Of a stretch of DNA of 64,000 nt, positions 22,581-34,000 are shown piece by piece (positions within the stretch are counted from its first letter, which is position 1; every line of letters starts with the position of its first letter). A model generated the notes under the pieces. It was not told where the DNA came from, made no database searches, and saw only the letters and a program-made list of their open reading frames with translations. The DNA is taken from positions 1 through 64,000 of the forward strand of contig KZ538143.1 in assembly GCA_000934665.2 (NCBI GenBank), in the 5' to 3' direction. The translations under genes and the position numbers were made by a program. This DNA comes from Catajapyx aquilonaris (lineage: Eukaryota).

Positions 22581-25500
22581 TCACATGACATCAACAAAGA
22601 ACTCGCATGGGTTCCCCATGGCCATGCGGAAGGACTGCCTACTTCCAGATACATCTTGGGCCACCTGCTCCAGGGGACGCTGCGGCAGTGGTGGAGGTGG
22701 GGGTGGCGGAGGAGGGGGAGGAGGAGGCGGGGGAGGATGTAAGGGAGGTGGGAGCAGCGGCGGGTACGTCTGGTAGGAAGGGTGGTGGAGGCTGGCCACC
22801 GTGGTTGCTCCAGACTGGTCCGATCCACCTGACGATCGCCGTCCGCAGCTCTTTTGACTTCCACCATCGCTGTCCGAGCTCCCACTCCCTGGAGGCGGAC
22901 CCACACACACAGGCTTCATCATGTCCAATATCATGTCTGGTCGCTGCTGCTGGGGACCTGAGCTGTTGCTACTGCCTCCTGCGGGACATCACAAGTATGA
23001 GCAGAACATTCTAGTCAGTAATCAGTAATCCCAACTGACCAGATCCGCTGTGCACACTCCCATCCCGTCCGAATGTTACGCCGCTGCCTCCTCCTCCGCC
23101 TACTCCTGCTGTGCTCCCTCCTTCTGCGTAGTTGAAAGGCATGGGAGTGTAGACTCCCGAATGTGGCAAGTACGTCCCTGCATATGGCATCTGAGAGCCT
23201 CCCCATGGCGATGGCGTGGTGGGTGGAGGCAAGGGAGCCAGAGTGTCCTGGTCCCCACCGATTCCCCCCGCACTCCCACTCCCACTGCAGCTTCCACACC
23301 CAACCCCTCCGACTCCAGACATGGTTCCCCCTTCCTCAATTTTAAGGGCAGCCATTCCCCCACAGAGGTCTCCAAAAATGTAGTAACATTGCTCTGAGAA
23401 GGTGACCTTGTTGACAGTGTGTCGGATGAAGCCTGCTTTCAACATCTGGGATGCGTACTTGCGGCTTTCCCGTCTGTCCTGAAAGCCCTCCACATGGGAG
23501 TAGAGCCAGTCCACCACATCTGCACCTGAAGTATCCATAAAACAACTTGTAAATAAAACCCAGCCACATTTTCTCCCATTATCCCATTATATGTGAGCGA
23601 TTTGCTCAGCGATGATTCTAATAGTTTGGGGCGAAAGTAACAATCGATATTTGCCCCCAAACAATAGGATTAATAGCTCCGATGCTCATCGCTGAGAGAA
23701 TCGCTCACATGTCAATGCACGCAGCTTTATGCTGAATGGTCAACATTGGAATTCAAGTGAGCAGTGAACAGTACCTATGAAGGCATTAGGGATGGTGATC
23801 TTGAGCCACATTCGGTCGCGGATTTCCAGCCCTGAGTCTGGGCGTGCCATTACCCTTACGATGGCAGGCATTTCGGCATTCACAGTCAGACGAACCTCTT
23901 CTATTGGCCCTGCATGGAAAAAAACAAAAAAACATGAACACTCATTCTCACAACAAATGAGTGCTGCACACTCCAACTCACGGTCAAGTTCTGGTAGGCT
24001 GGATGCAATGGAGGAGCTGGTGGACGTGAGAGTGCTGACCGATGGTGGCCTTCCTGGGAAGTCTCCCCTGACAGCAGCAGTGTGGGCCACCCAAGCACCT
24101 GGATCAATCGGTCTAACAGGTTCTGTACGAGGAACTGTGAAATATCCCTTTGGATTTGGATCCCAGCACTTGGCCACTACCAGTTTTATGGGGCTGAAAG
24201 AAGATGGAACAATTAGTATTTTGTACAGAAGCAGCAAAACCCGATGCATCGTTAGGTCTTTTTCTGGTTAAAAGAATTCACTGAATGCAGTTAGGGAACG
24301 TACCCTGGTTTCTGGACCACTTCTCTCAATACCCGTACAGCCTCATCATTAGACATGTTCTCAAAGTTGATATCGTTAACCTGAAGGATCATATCGCCTG
24401 GTTCGATGCGGTTGTCCAAGGCCACTGCACCTCTGATATAAGAAATTCCTTCATTACGAAAAAGTTCATGTTCAAAAAAGGTATCAAATGCAATGAAACT
24501 TCAATTCCTAGTTTTTGTTAGGACCATTGAAAATAACTATTGGCGTTACCCTTTCATTATGGAGCCTACGTAGATCCCTCCGTCTCCTCCCTTGTTACTC
24601 TGCCCCACAATGCTGATCCCAAGAAAGTTGACTGTGTCCATGCTGAGCGTGACAGTGATAATGTTGAGTGACATGGTGGAATCCGTGATGCTGGAGAAGG
24701 ATGACGTCCGGGACATTGGTGGCATTCTGTGTCTGCGACGACGCTGACGTTGGCGGCGGGCATGGATACGAGATACGCTGCTATGCTCTGCTGCACCACA
24801 TGTTTAGGAGTACATGAAAAGGACGACAGGCAACTGATAATTACAATTCCAAAATGAGGTGCTTGTACTGCTCCAGTTGAAAGCATGAATGGCGGTACGT
24901 TTTCAGCAGAATGATGATGTAATAAAGATTCACGGTGTACTGTTTGTGTATAAAACCAACCAAAGGCAAATCTCATGTGGTATTTACTTCACTGCACATG
25001 ACTTGTTAACGTCATGATGACAACAAAGGGACAAATGCTACTGGCTCTTATTGTTCATTCATCATTTCGCTATATATCCTTTGCCTCGAAGATAAATCCC
25101 CATAGCTCCAAGAGGAATCTATGTCCCCAAACCAACTACACTACTCTAACCTGTAGTAGTTGTGATCCGACTGGATGCATCATCTTCCGAGTCCAAAAAG
25201 CTGGTGGTTTCTAGGTCTGAACTCAACATAGATGATGTCTCATACCCGTGACCTGAGTGATGCTTACTGTGGCCATTGACCCGAGGACCTAAAAATCAAA
25301 GCAGGAGTATTACACTGGTGCTGCATGACTCTTCCCTACGAACTACAAAGACAGCAGAAGGATTTACACAAAAAACATAAAACAAGAAAAACAAGAATCT
25401 TACCATCAAACCTACTATACTTGTCAAATCTATCGTATTTATGCTGCCTAGAAGAGTTTTTATTTATATTGTAGCGACCTAAAATAAAAAAGAACAAAAA

Positions 25501-28355
25501 AAACTCAATATAACGAAAACAAAACTGAAAATAAGCACACAGAAATTCACTACACTCACCACGTCTTGAACTAATAATCGACTCAGTTTCGGTACAAGTT
25601 GTGTCCTCCACGTTGTTGTGCGCTCCGTGTGGTGCACCATGACTGCACAATTACAAAAACAAATATTTAGTACACAATTCGTTCATGTATTGTGACAAAA
25701 ATACATTTAAAAGCCCCTGGGATGACAACAAACATTCAGTAATGGGCATGTTTATCATATAGCCAGAGTCTGTTTACAACAGGCTTCAGTATTACTGAGA
25801 ATGGAGTCTCTATTGGTGTTAAGGCTCCTATGATATTAACCAAAAGTGAATACTTACTGGTATGAAATAGGCCTGCTCTCTGGAACAGCTGGGCGCTCAA
25901 CTGGAAGTCGGACATCTGACTGAACAATGCTGTCAGTACATTGCGAGGTGGAGTCGGACACATTGCTGCCTTCGGCTGACACAAGCTGAAAATTGACGTG
26001 ATAGTTACGTACACAGTGATGAGATTTGAAATAGTAAGAGATACATACCCATGAAACAACTCGCCCATTGAAGCAGGGTAGATTGGCGTCGTCATCCACA
26101 ATCTCTTCTTTCACAACCCTGCGACACAAAAGCAATTTTAGTAACATCATCAGGGCTTCGAGAAACTAAAAGCTTCATACAGCCTAAGTCCTCAATGCAA
26201 TGTCCAATAATTTCTTAACATTCTAATAACTCCTCGTTACTTATGACGCTGCCTTTCCCACACTATGGTGGTGCCTGTCTCCCTAACGGCTTATTATAAT
26301 CCAGAGATGACATATGATATGCTGCCGCTATCAAGCCAATTGAACTAATAAGACCCAACCAGATTGGAAAATTGAGGTGTTGGTTGCACTGCCATGCTTG
26401 GGCCCAAAGTTTGGTGGCAGAAGTGGCCAAAAATCATTGGTTTAAAAGTATGATATCACAAGAGAATTTTTATAATTACAAAAAAATGCAAGTCGAAATT
26501 TATGCTTAACTTAAGAGGACATGGCACTAACTAATACCACCTGTTTAAAAAATATATAATATGGTTTTTGCAGGGTCATTAAACTTGATACTTCACGACT
26601 GAAAACATGTAAAAATAGTCTTACTCTGCGCAAGACTATCACATGCTTCAACCATTTAAGCATGTCACATCTCTTATTCTGCAGTTCATAGCATGCTCAG
26701 ATTGTGATAAATTATAGTAATAAATGTGACAAGTGATTGATGTGGACCTGGAATGTGCAATGTCACTTCTTAACAATTAAATTTTTGAATCTGTATGTAC
26801 CTAAATGTCCTAAACTGAAACAAATTTTCAAAAGGCCATGACCTTCATTTTGTTCTTGTTTTAATGCCAAACCAGTTCATCCTTCCATGCACAAACATTT
26901 ACAAAAATAACCACTGCTTCTTATAAACAGTCATCCTGTGTATATGGCCTCATTTACAAACTCCACTTTCACATGTCAGATGGCAAGAGGTCCACATTTC
27001 AAAGTACAGTACGACACAAAGTGTATGGCTAATCTTGCACAAACAAATTCTTACACACAGACAAGGGTTTGATGCTAAAGGACACAGCTAAGTATTCCGA
27101 TGATGTGCAAGTGTCTTTCAAGGCCTTGCCATGCGGCATATAATTTTCACTGACACAGATCTGGGTGAGGTTTATGCTGCCCGGTATATCAGAAGACCAG
27201 ACCTATCACAATCCATTAAGTTCTCAACTTCAGTTCTTCAAATATATCAAGAAGTATCATGAGATTAGACCTATACTTTGCAGTATCATAAAACCAAATA
27301 ATAGTTGAAACTCCTACTGTTGCCTTTTATGGGACCTTCAGGGTTTATTGACCAACTTGATGCACTCCCTGCAACATGATGTGTTTTGATTGCAGGAGAA
27401 ACCCATGTGATCATGGAGCAAACCATTAAAACTCTTTCCACGTGCCCTATTCCGGAGAGGAATGCTGGACCTCACAGGTGTAAGTCTGCGATGCTAACCA
27501 CTAAACCACCATGCCACCTTACTAATTAGAACATTTGGGCCAATTCCGGCACTTTCTAGTTTCAAAAGGTTTCCTTTAACTAGTTGCAGCAGCAAGAGAA
27601 CTTTGCAGATGACAGATCCAATAGCATGAACCTAAAATTGTGCATACATCTGCATCTCTCTCATGTGAAAATGCCCAAAAACGTTAATGCCTGCAGACGA
27701 CAGCAAATTGAAACACAAATGGTCGACTACAGAGGTCGGGTGGGATTTGCGGATAGATTTGTCATGGAGTAGTCAACATGTCACCAGACACACAGTTACA
27801 AACGCTTGACTTTAGATACACTACTGCCATTGCCTCTTCCACTCACAGTGCATTATAAACACATCAACCTGCTTGTATGCAAGTTCGTGGGTAATTTGAT
27901 TTATCACTAATATTGCCCGAAACCTGTATAGCCACATGAGTGTTGCTGTTGTTATATCAGCTGCAGTACCGCAGTTATTATAACAACATGTGAGGCATTC
28001 AACCCCCCACTTTCTGATAGCTACAAAATTCCACCCCATGAAACACTCCCTGGAACTAACTGGACAGGCCAACGCCAAGGTTCCACCATCTGGTCAAGTG
28101 CAGGCCGTACCCTAACCCCCCCAAAAACCACATGTTCCACTGTCTGCAGACCCCAACCCATGTTTTCATTCCACATAAAATGATTTGGGATTACCCAAAG
28201 TCGACGTCCATGGACTTGAAGAAGAACTTGAAGTTGGGCCTGTTGAGCACGTTCTTGAAGTCAGCGAGTGTGACCCTGTCTGGTGCGACGGGGAGCTTGA
28301 CCAGGTAGGGCGTTTCCTCCTCGTCGATGTGGTAGATTATCTTCGTCTCCTCCAT
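22581..28355 (-). CDS. dsh: Segment polarity protein dishevelled (~750 aa; DIX, PDZ, DEP). Exons 28355-28195, 26118-26049, 25985-25858, 25642-25560, 25478-25404, 25288-25151, 24787-24550, 24432-24304, 24193-23982, 23909-23775, 23525-23040, 22978-22581
   Basis: DIX start [76 protein letters not shown] and C-terminus [17 protein letters not shown]. The exons sum to 2253 nt. Confidence 0.97.
23585..23726. mobile_element. Palindromic MITE family C, copy 1 (dsh intron)
   Basis: ATGTGAGCGATTTGCTCAGCGATGA...TCATCGCTGAGAGAATCGCTCACAT. The core TTTGGGGCGAAAGTAACAAT is shared, inverted, with 33871-34000. Confidence 0.75.
27340..27518 (-). mobile_element. Degenerate tRNA-derived SINE with a V/Meta-SINE-like central domain (dsh intron 1)
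   Basis: The minus strand reads GGTGGCATGGTGGTTTAGTGGTTAGCATCGCAGACT (tRNA-like head with A box) and then GTGGAAAGAGTTTTAATGGTTTGCTCCATGATCACATGGGTTTCTCC, which resembles the conserved GAGTTT..TGTT..CC..TG..TGGGTTTC.CC domain. Confidence 0.6.
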
Positions 28356-30002
28356 CTTCTTCCCTCTTCTCACTCTCCTTGTCCAAGCCGCACTGATCCT
28401 GTCCCTCTCTTTCGCAGGGTACACTCTGTGGGGCCCTGGTCAGCGGGATGCCCCTCGACGGATGAGGGAAGAGGCGGGCATTGGTCTCACTCCACTTTTG
28501 GGGTGTCGACGGTAGAGGCAGCCGCAGGCAGAGGCAGGGGGAGTCGGGGGACTCCCTCTTTAAAAAAAAAAAAAGAAGAAGAAGAAAAAAAGTGCAATTG
28601 CAATATGGCCGACTCCGAGCTCGGAACAAGGCTTTTACACGGTGCATCCCATGTCACAGCGCGCGCACATAACTGGAATATCAGGAGTCGCAGCTACTTG
28701 TGGAATAACGGCTAATTGGCCAAACAGCGATTTTTGATTCCGCTATTCCGATATATCGTTAACAAACCTCAACAAAACATCAAATATTCATTTCCAGATA
28801 TAAATACGCGTCATGTAGAAGTATCCTTGCTCAGTACGCTGCCGTCTGCTGTCCATGAAACGAAATTGAGCTCATTTTTCAACCATTGCCAAATTTTCGA
28901 GCATGTGAAGGTTTATTTTGGAACACAATTTTTTTAAATGGCTTACATAGGGCTACTATTAGATCCTGGATAATATTTATGTTTACTTTCCGCATGTTAC
29001 CGGCTGGAAGTAATCAATAACTTTATTATTTTAGGGCATGGGTTTGTCGACAATAATTAATATCAAGAGCTCTTGTTAATATCAATGATGGCGTGTACTA
29101 ACAGTACATTTGTTGGTAATCCCCACCCAGAATCACACACATATCCGACTGTTACAATACACTCGTATCTCACCCCCCAGATAAGATTAAATCTCAAGCA
29201 CCTTTTCCATTGCTGAATGAACCTAGGCAGGCTAAAAATGATGTAATAATATAAATAAATTGAGCAAAACCGTTGCGTGACTGTTTCTCACGTTCATTCA
29301 CTCCTCTTTTTATAAACTCCCTCACTATATAGTATCAAGAGATAGTATGGATGAGCTCATTCACTTCCACCGTGTGTGAGATTTCCTCCACTTTACTACA
29401 CAGACCCTATACTAGGGTATGCTTCCTGTTACCCTCAAAAAAGACCCTATATGATCTTGACCTTGTCTATATAGAAATGCACGTCAGAAGTATTGCAAAA
29501 ATGCACTGTGGAATTTGTTTCCTGAAGAATTTCCATCATTGGCATTCTCATGATTCCTCAGCACTTTTTCCTTGAGAAAGTCATGCTCAATAATTAATCA
29601 CAATCGTGCCTAGATCTACGGTCATCATCCTTTTTCCGTACGATTGTACCAAGAGCTGATTGTACCCACTATAATGGTGATGGATAAAATCACGTGCCTG
29701 TCATGTGTTGCATATGTTACGGGGTTTACCGTCAGATCCTGGCTTGGCCAGCGAACCAACGTTTTGTTTCTTATCACACTCAACTATAGTCATGGTTGTG
29801 GTGGGAGGGTGAGATTGGATGGTGGGGGAGGAGGAGGAGGATGATGATGACTGGGCACGAGGCAAGCTGTGCCAACTCCCAGAGAGAAAACTCATTCCCA
29901 GCTGGATTACAGACCAACCAGCTGCTTCGTACACGACCTGCGACATACCGCACATCTGGCCCCACATCTGGTAAGCACATGCACATTTGTCGCATAAGAG
30001 AA

Positions 30003-30150
30003 TACAGTACTGTCCTAAGGCGCCTTTAAATACAGTACTGTATTTACGAGACAACAATACAGTACTGTACTGCAGCTAGTGTATACAGTACTGTATTTAC
30101 AAGACAGTACAGTACTGTAAAACCGGTCTTGTAAATACAGTACTGTACTG
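30003..30150. repeat. Array of six TACAGTACTGT(A) palindromes at 24-28 bp spacing
   Basis: Copies start at 30003, 30031, 30058, 30084, 30108 and 30136. Confidence 0.9.
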
Positions 30151-31447
30151 GCATAAGTATGCACTGCACTGTAATTAAAATGTACACAGGTGCCAATGCA
30201 GTAATACAATTAGTGTCAACTATGCGGCTTCAGTAATTCAAATGCAATCCTTTGTGCATAATGGCCCTTAGATATTTAATCTTGTTTAAATATTTGCAAC
30301 AGTGGGGTTTATCTTTGTTAATTAGCTTATATAAGATAGGTACACAAAGCAATTTTTCAGTAATTGCATTGTCTTATCTTTTTTGTGCCAATTGATGCTC
30401 TGCCAAGAGATAGTTCAGGCTTGTTTGTCCACATATGCCGGTCATGCTGTCGTAAGATGCTGCCAAACTGGCAAAAAAATTAGCATCCATGTCATGTAAA
30501 CACAAACATCAGAGTCTAACTCGTGACTGCCGCTAGAGTTCAAACCGCATAAAAAAAGGGGCATATAAAACTTGCATAAGATTAGTCCCGGCCGGTTCCG
30601 GCAACATGTCACACGACGTGCAAGCAGTGGCTGCGGACGTCATATGGTCCTTCTGAAAAAAAAAAAAAACACAAGACACAACTATGATAAGAAGTTTCTC
30701 AATCTGTTTGAAACATCCTTTTGCATCAGTCACTTTCTCTGCAACAAATGGGAATAAGATTGCTGGCTGATAATCTACCAACACTTGATATTTTCACTAT
30801 CACCAGCCTATAGATAACCTTCAATACAAAGGCACAGGTCGACAGGTGTGGTGCCAGTCGGGGTGTCAAGTGCGTATCACGTTGACATACAGGTAAGTGC
30901 TAGGATTAAGGGTCGATCTCATATGTCCAATATATGGATAACTACTAAGTAGCCTCCTATTCCAACTACTTGTTCCCGCTGACACATCAACGGCAGCAGG
31001 TAACAGTCGTCAACACTATCTTTCCCCATGTGATGTGGTTGCCGGTTATCTGCTTTTAATTACTCTGTCTACTTTCTGTTCATTCGGATATCTGGTCTGA
31101 GTTGTCAAACTGTCATGGTTGTATATGGCCAACTAATTCAATCTGTAAACACATGAGCATGAAGCACATGACTTTCATTGCTATCACAATGCCTAGTGCT
31201 TTTCCTAACTGGGTCACTAAGTAGAGTATGTACACAGATAAAGGGGTGCTGCCTCCCTCATTCATTTTCTGTTTACTTGTTCAAAGCCTATTCATTAGAT
31301 CAGAGATTTGCAATATCTGAACTCGCTTAGTTGAACAAACTGCATTACACAGTCCAAAGGTGCCAAGATACTGTGCTTCATAGATTCAACTAACTATTGC
31401 TAATTTTACTCACTTACAGAATCCAGTGACATTACCCAGTGAGCAGC

Positions 31448-33178
31448 ATGGCATGGACGGTGTACCAAGGCCTTCTGGCCATCCTGATGGTCTCCACCGG
31501 CACCATCAACACCCTCTCGACCAAGTGGGCTGACCAGATGAACGTCACCAATAGTGTGGGAGAGGACCGGATGTTCAACCATCCTTTTCTTCAAGCGACG
31601 GGAATGTTTATTGGAGAGTCCTTCTGCTTTCTTGTCTTCAAGTTTGCCTTCTATCGCCAGTTGAGTAAGTTCAAGAAGGGAGACGTGGATGCGATGGATT
31701 CTACTCTTGTCAAAGGAAGCCAGACCTTCAGCCCATTCATTTTCTTGCCTGCCGCACTCTGTGATATGACTGGTACCTCCTTGATGTACATCGGTCTAAC
31801 TCTCACCTATGCCGCTTCCTTTCAAATGTTGCGAGGGTCGATCATCATCTTCACTGGACTATTTTCTGTCTTTTTCCTGAAACGAAGACTACGATGGTTC
31901 CAGTGGACTGGAATTGTGGTAATCATTGTTGGTCTGGTTGTGGTAGGGCTCTCGGACGTCTTGTTTACAAAGCCTAACGCGCAATACACCACACAAAAGA
32001 TCATCACTGGTGACATTATCATCCTTGTGGGCCAAGTTGTAGGAGCCTTTCAAATGGTGTACGAGGAAAAGTTCATAGTCAAGCACAATGTGCCGCCCCT
32101 GCAGGTGGTTGGATGGGAGGGAATATTTGGCTTCATCGTCCTAGGACTGCTTCTCATTCCCATGTACTTCATACCTGTTGGAAGTGACTTTGGAGACAAT
32201 CCCCGAGAGGTGCTGGAGGATGCTCTGGATGGTTTTGTACAGATTGGCAACAGTGGTTGGCTCGTCTTAGCAATTATTGGTAAGAATTATTTTCTTACAT
32301 TACAGTGGTTTTAATACTTTAAAACACATTATTTATGCCTGATTGCACCAACTAAATTACCGATCCGATAGCTCCTAACAGATCGTTAGGTAGCCCTTTT
32401 AACATGTGCTAACGATCTGTTAGGAGCTATCAAATCGGTAATTTTGTTGGTGCAATCGGGCATTAATCTATCTTATTTTTCATATATTATGGTGTCATTC
32501 CCATCATTGCATTCCATGTGCAACATATGTCATCAATTATTTACTTTGATACCTGACCTACATTAACACACATGCAGAGAAAAAAATCCGATAGCAAGCA
32601 CTTGAGATTTCCCATCTGTTTGCATTTAATGATCCGACACCATTGACCCACTAGCATCGTTGTGTAATAATCAGGTGATTGTCGGCACTTTGTATTGACC
32701 AAAGTATGACCCAATTAGGGCACTAACACCCCTAATCGCAACCCAGGGTTGTGTGCAAACACAATTTTTGCAATCTCTCCTTATCTCCTCAGGTAATGTA
32801 TTGAGCATCGCCTTCTTCAACTTTGCTGGAGTGAGTGTGACGAAGGAAATATCAGCCACAACCCGCATGGTCCTGGACAGCGTCCGCACCCTAGTCATCT
32901 GGTTGGTGACCCTTGCCATTGGCTGGGAGTCATTCCACTGGCCCCAAGTCATTGGGTTCCTCATACTGGTGGCAGGAATGTGCCTCTACAATGACGTTCT
33001 CATCGTCCCACAAATGCGGAAGTGGGGATGGATACCACTGGACGAAACATCATCTGCACTGGCAGACTCAGAAGTCCCATCTGGAAGCCAAGGATCCAAG
33101 GAAGAGGACACAACCTCTTCCAGGACTCATTTGGTTGACAAACAGCAACCTAAGGTTTACACTATCGACTACTCTTGA
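31448..33178 (+). CDS. SLC35F6: Solute carrier family 35 member F6 (~405 aa). Exons 31448-32279, 32793-33178; upstream non-coding exon with donor at 30893
   Basis: MAWTVYQ..MVSTGTINTLSTKWAD..FNHPFLQATGMFIGE..FLPAALCDMTGTSLMYIGL..SFQMLRGS..QMVYEEKF..IAFFNFAGVSVTKEISATTRMVLDSVRT matches the SLC35F6 family. One phase-1 GT-AG intron. Confidence 0.93.
32336..32462. mobile_element. Palindromic MITE family B (PIF/Harbinger/Tourist-like), copy 1, TTA TSD
   Basis: A 127-bp near-perfect hairpin, TGCCTGATTGCACCAAC...GTTGGTGCAATCGGGCA, flanked by TTA on both sides. Confidence 0.9.
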
Positions 33179-33870
33179 ATATCTCATGTGCTTCATAAGG
33201 TGCATTTGCAACCAATGTGTGCAAAGACATGGTTCCTATACCCACCTTTTGTGCTTAATATGAGGACATTTGTGATTACCGAGCGGGACTAATATTTCAG
33301 CAAAATGCCTCGCTCCCTATATCAGTCAGTCTCGTGATCCATCATAATGAAAGGATGACTTGCAAAAAAACATGTGATTGTACAAATAGCTTTGATGTGT
33401 AAAAATATTTGTCTGCACTGCCTATAATGATATTCATAACATCCTTTACAAAAACAGCCCTTTGACATTGCAGACTAGAATGTGCCATGTTTGAGAGCTA
33501 GCTGTGTTTTAGTGATACGTGATCCTCCTCCCTCGTGCCATGTAATGTGATGCAGTGATTGCATGAACCTTGTAAAATTATACAACTCATGACCTCTGCT
33601 TGCCTGCCTGTTTGAGTGTGAGTTACAGGCAAAATAATCCATCTCCACATCACTGCATTTTGAAGCAAGATTGTCCTTTTCTCACCAGCTGGAAGCATTT
33701 CCAGTGACCTCACATTCCATAATACATGACTGTGGAAGATGAAAAAGTTAGATGCTTCAACCAAATCACCAATACGAATGCGGTGTCACACTACTCCTGT
33801 CACCAACAAGTATTACTGATTTCACGCTGGTACTTTGTACGAGACTGCAAATTGTTTTCCCTGTTAGGCT

Positions 33871-34000
33871 AGGCAGCATTTACATTTGAATGATTCGCTC
33901 AGCGACAAAACCAATGGTTTGGGACAAAAATCTATTGTTACTTTCGCCCCAAACCACTGGTTTCATTGCTGAGCGAATGATTCAAATGTAAACGCAGCCT
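33871..34000. mobile_element. Palindromic MITE family C, copy 2 (probable SLC35F6 3' UTR)
   Basis: AGGCAGCATTTACATTTGAATGATTCGCTCAGC...GCTGAGCGAATGATTCAAATGTAAACGCAGCCT. Confidence 0.8.

Noticed and set aside
28356..28424. N-terminal extension of Dishevelled suggested by the ORF track
   Set aside because: It starts at GTG. The conserved MEETKIIY start with a good context is at 28355.
30003..30150. CRISPR-like appearance of the repeat-spacer array
   Set aside because: Repeats are only 12 bp, spacers are 12-16 bp and partly repeat each other, there are no cas genes, and the context is eukaryotic.
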